Part shown: positions 62,955 to 64,000 of the stretch, in pieces
Layout of the letters: each line of letters starts with the position of its first letter
Position numbering within the stretch: position 1 is the first letter of the stretch
Assembly: GCA_945870785.1 (NCBI GenBank)
Contig: CAMBTK010000002.1
Coordinates: forward strand, 10,042 to 74,041
DNA from: Sulfurimonas crateris
Lineage (GTDB): Bacteria; Campylobacterota; Campylobacteria; Campylobacterales; Sulfurimonadaceae
Reading direction: 5' to 3'
DNA: 64,000 bases
Notes under the pieces: model-generated
Seen by the model: the letters and a program-made list of their open reading frames with translations, nothing else
Database searches by the model: none
What the model was told of the DNA's origin: nothing
Made by a program: the position numbers and the translations under genes

Positions 62955-63630
62955 TTACTGCTCCTTGAATTTTTCCAAAGTTTCTTGGGAAACCATTCGT
63001 ATCTATAGATGATAAGTGCTTTAAGAAAGCAACTAAGCCCTTAGCCTCTTCAGCAGTAATACCAAGATTTGGCATCATACGAGCGTGAGTTGGATATTGA
63101 GATGGGTTTTGTAAAAACTCAGCCATCGCTTCTTCTTTAGTCTCTTTACCTGTCATTGCTTGCATTGAACCTTCTGGTCCCCATGCTGGATCTAACCAAG
63201 CTTTTGTTAAGTCTGGAGCGTAATATGCACCATTTCCAAGTAAAGTATGACAGTTCATACAGTTCTTAGTTTGAGAAGCTAACTTACCAAGGTGAAGTAA
63301 AGCACCAGCTTCTTCTTCAGACCAATTATCTCTACCAAAAAAATTCTCTTTTTCTTGGAAAGCTGAAGTTCCTTCTGCATTCATTCCACCAATTACTGGA
63401 ATTTCATGTTGACGTTTCTTATTCATCTCATAAGTAACTTTATAATTGATAACTGTAGGTCCCGGAACCCTTTTAGTTACACCATTTTGTAAGTCTGCAT
63501 CAGTTCCCATTGATATTTGTGCGCTTGTATCAAACGTCAACCAAATAAGTAAAACTGAAGCAAAACCTGTAACCCACGCTGCTGTGCGTTGCCAGAAGCG
63601 ATTATCACTCCATACGGATTTTGTAGCCAC
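62944..63630 (-). CDS. norC: Nitric oxide reductase cytochrome c subunit
   Basis: N-terminal TM, CMNCHTLLGNGAYYAPDL and RMMP; GTG start after AGGAGG. Confidence 0.95.
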   Translation of the reverse strand: MATKSVWSDNRFWQRTAAWVTGFASVLLIWLTFDTSAQISMGTDADLQNGVTKRVPGPTVINYKVTYEMNKKRQHEIPVIGGMNAEGTSAFQEKENFFGRDNWSEEEAGALLHLGKLASQTKNCMNCHTLLGNGAYYAPDLTKAWLDPAWGPEGSMQAMTGKETKEEAMAEFLQNPSQYPTHARMMPNLGITAEEAKGLVAFLKHLSSIDTNGFPRNFGKIQGAVNGK

Positions 63631-63669
63631 TATAACCTCCTATAAATTATGGGTCAATATATATAAAAA

Positions 63670-63978
63670 TTAATGTTCATTTTCTTGATGAACATGATCT
63701 TGCATGTAATAGACTGCATGTGGAAGCAGTAACAATCCAATTGCAGCAACAACTAAAGCTTTAGCTGTAAAGTCATTTACATGCATCAAACTTCCCATCA
63801 AATACAAACAATAAGCAGTTAAAATCCAAAAAAAGTAGCCAATATACATCATCCAATTTTTTAGAAGTTTAACTTTTATAGCCGTATATATACCAACATA
63901 GAATCCTCCAAATATCAATACAAGAGTAGAAGATATAAAGATTGTTAAAAAATCATCAACAAGAATATCTCGTGACAT
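63670..63978 (-). CDS. Small 3-TM hypothetical membrane protein upstream of norC
   Basis: Three hydrophobic segments. ATG 63978 overlaps an upstream TAA (TAATG). Confidence 0.7.
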   Translation of the reverse strand: MSRDILVDDFLTIFISSTLVLIFGGFYVGIYTAIKVKLLKNWMMYIGYFFWILTAYCLYLMGSLMHVNDFTAKALVVAAIGLLLLPHAVYYMQDHVHQENEH

Positions 63979-64000
63979 TAAAGCTTCATCAACCATTTTA

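Overview
AT-rich chromosomal window from a free-living Campylobacterota (Sulfurimonas-like, judged from gene order and protein style). The first ~41 kb is mostly core genes: glmM-lspA, tig-clpP-(degenerate GGDEF)-def-comM, metH, ccoG, rnhA-rnc-aroC, ompA-mobA-moaC, leuC, nifSU, mqnD-fliQ-murB and recA-eno-ftsB-AMIN, with a few signalling genes inserted. The last ~23 kb holds accessory envelope genes and a denitrification cluster (norC-norB-nirS, nirC-nirJ-nirF-nirE). No rRNA, tRNA, CRISPR array, transposase or phage gene was seen. Best leads: (1) a soluble di-iron ODP-type sensor kinase plus response regulator coupled to the heme d1 genes; (2) an operon with a divergent NorB/heme-copper-oxidase paralog that keeps the heme ligands but lacks the FeB/CuB His-His pair, next to a MacB/HrtAB-like ABC system and YceI; (3) a 55-aa membrane ORF, absent from the ORF track, between norB and nirS; (4) a 17-bp palindromic box at identical spacing in the recA and comM promoters; (5) a probable ATT start codon for a DUF4105/Lnb-like gene; (6) a stand-alone exported NIT-domain protein. 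All family calls come from motif recognition by eye; no searches were run.
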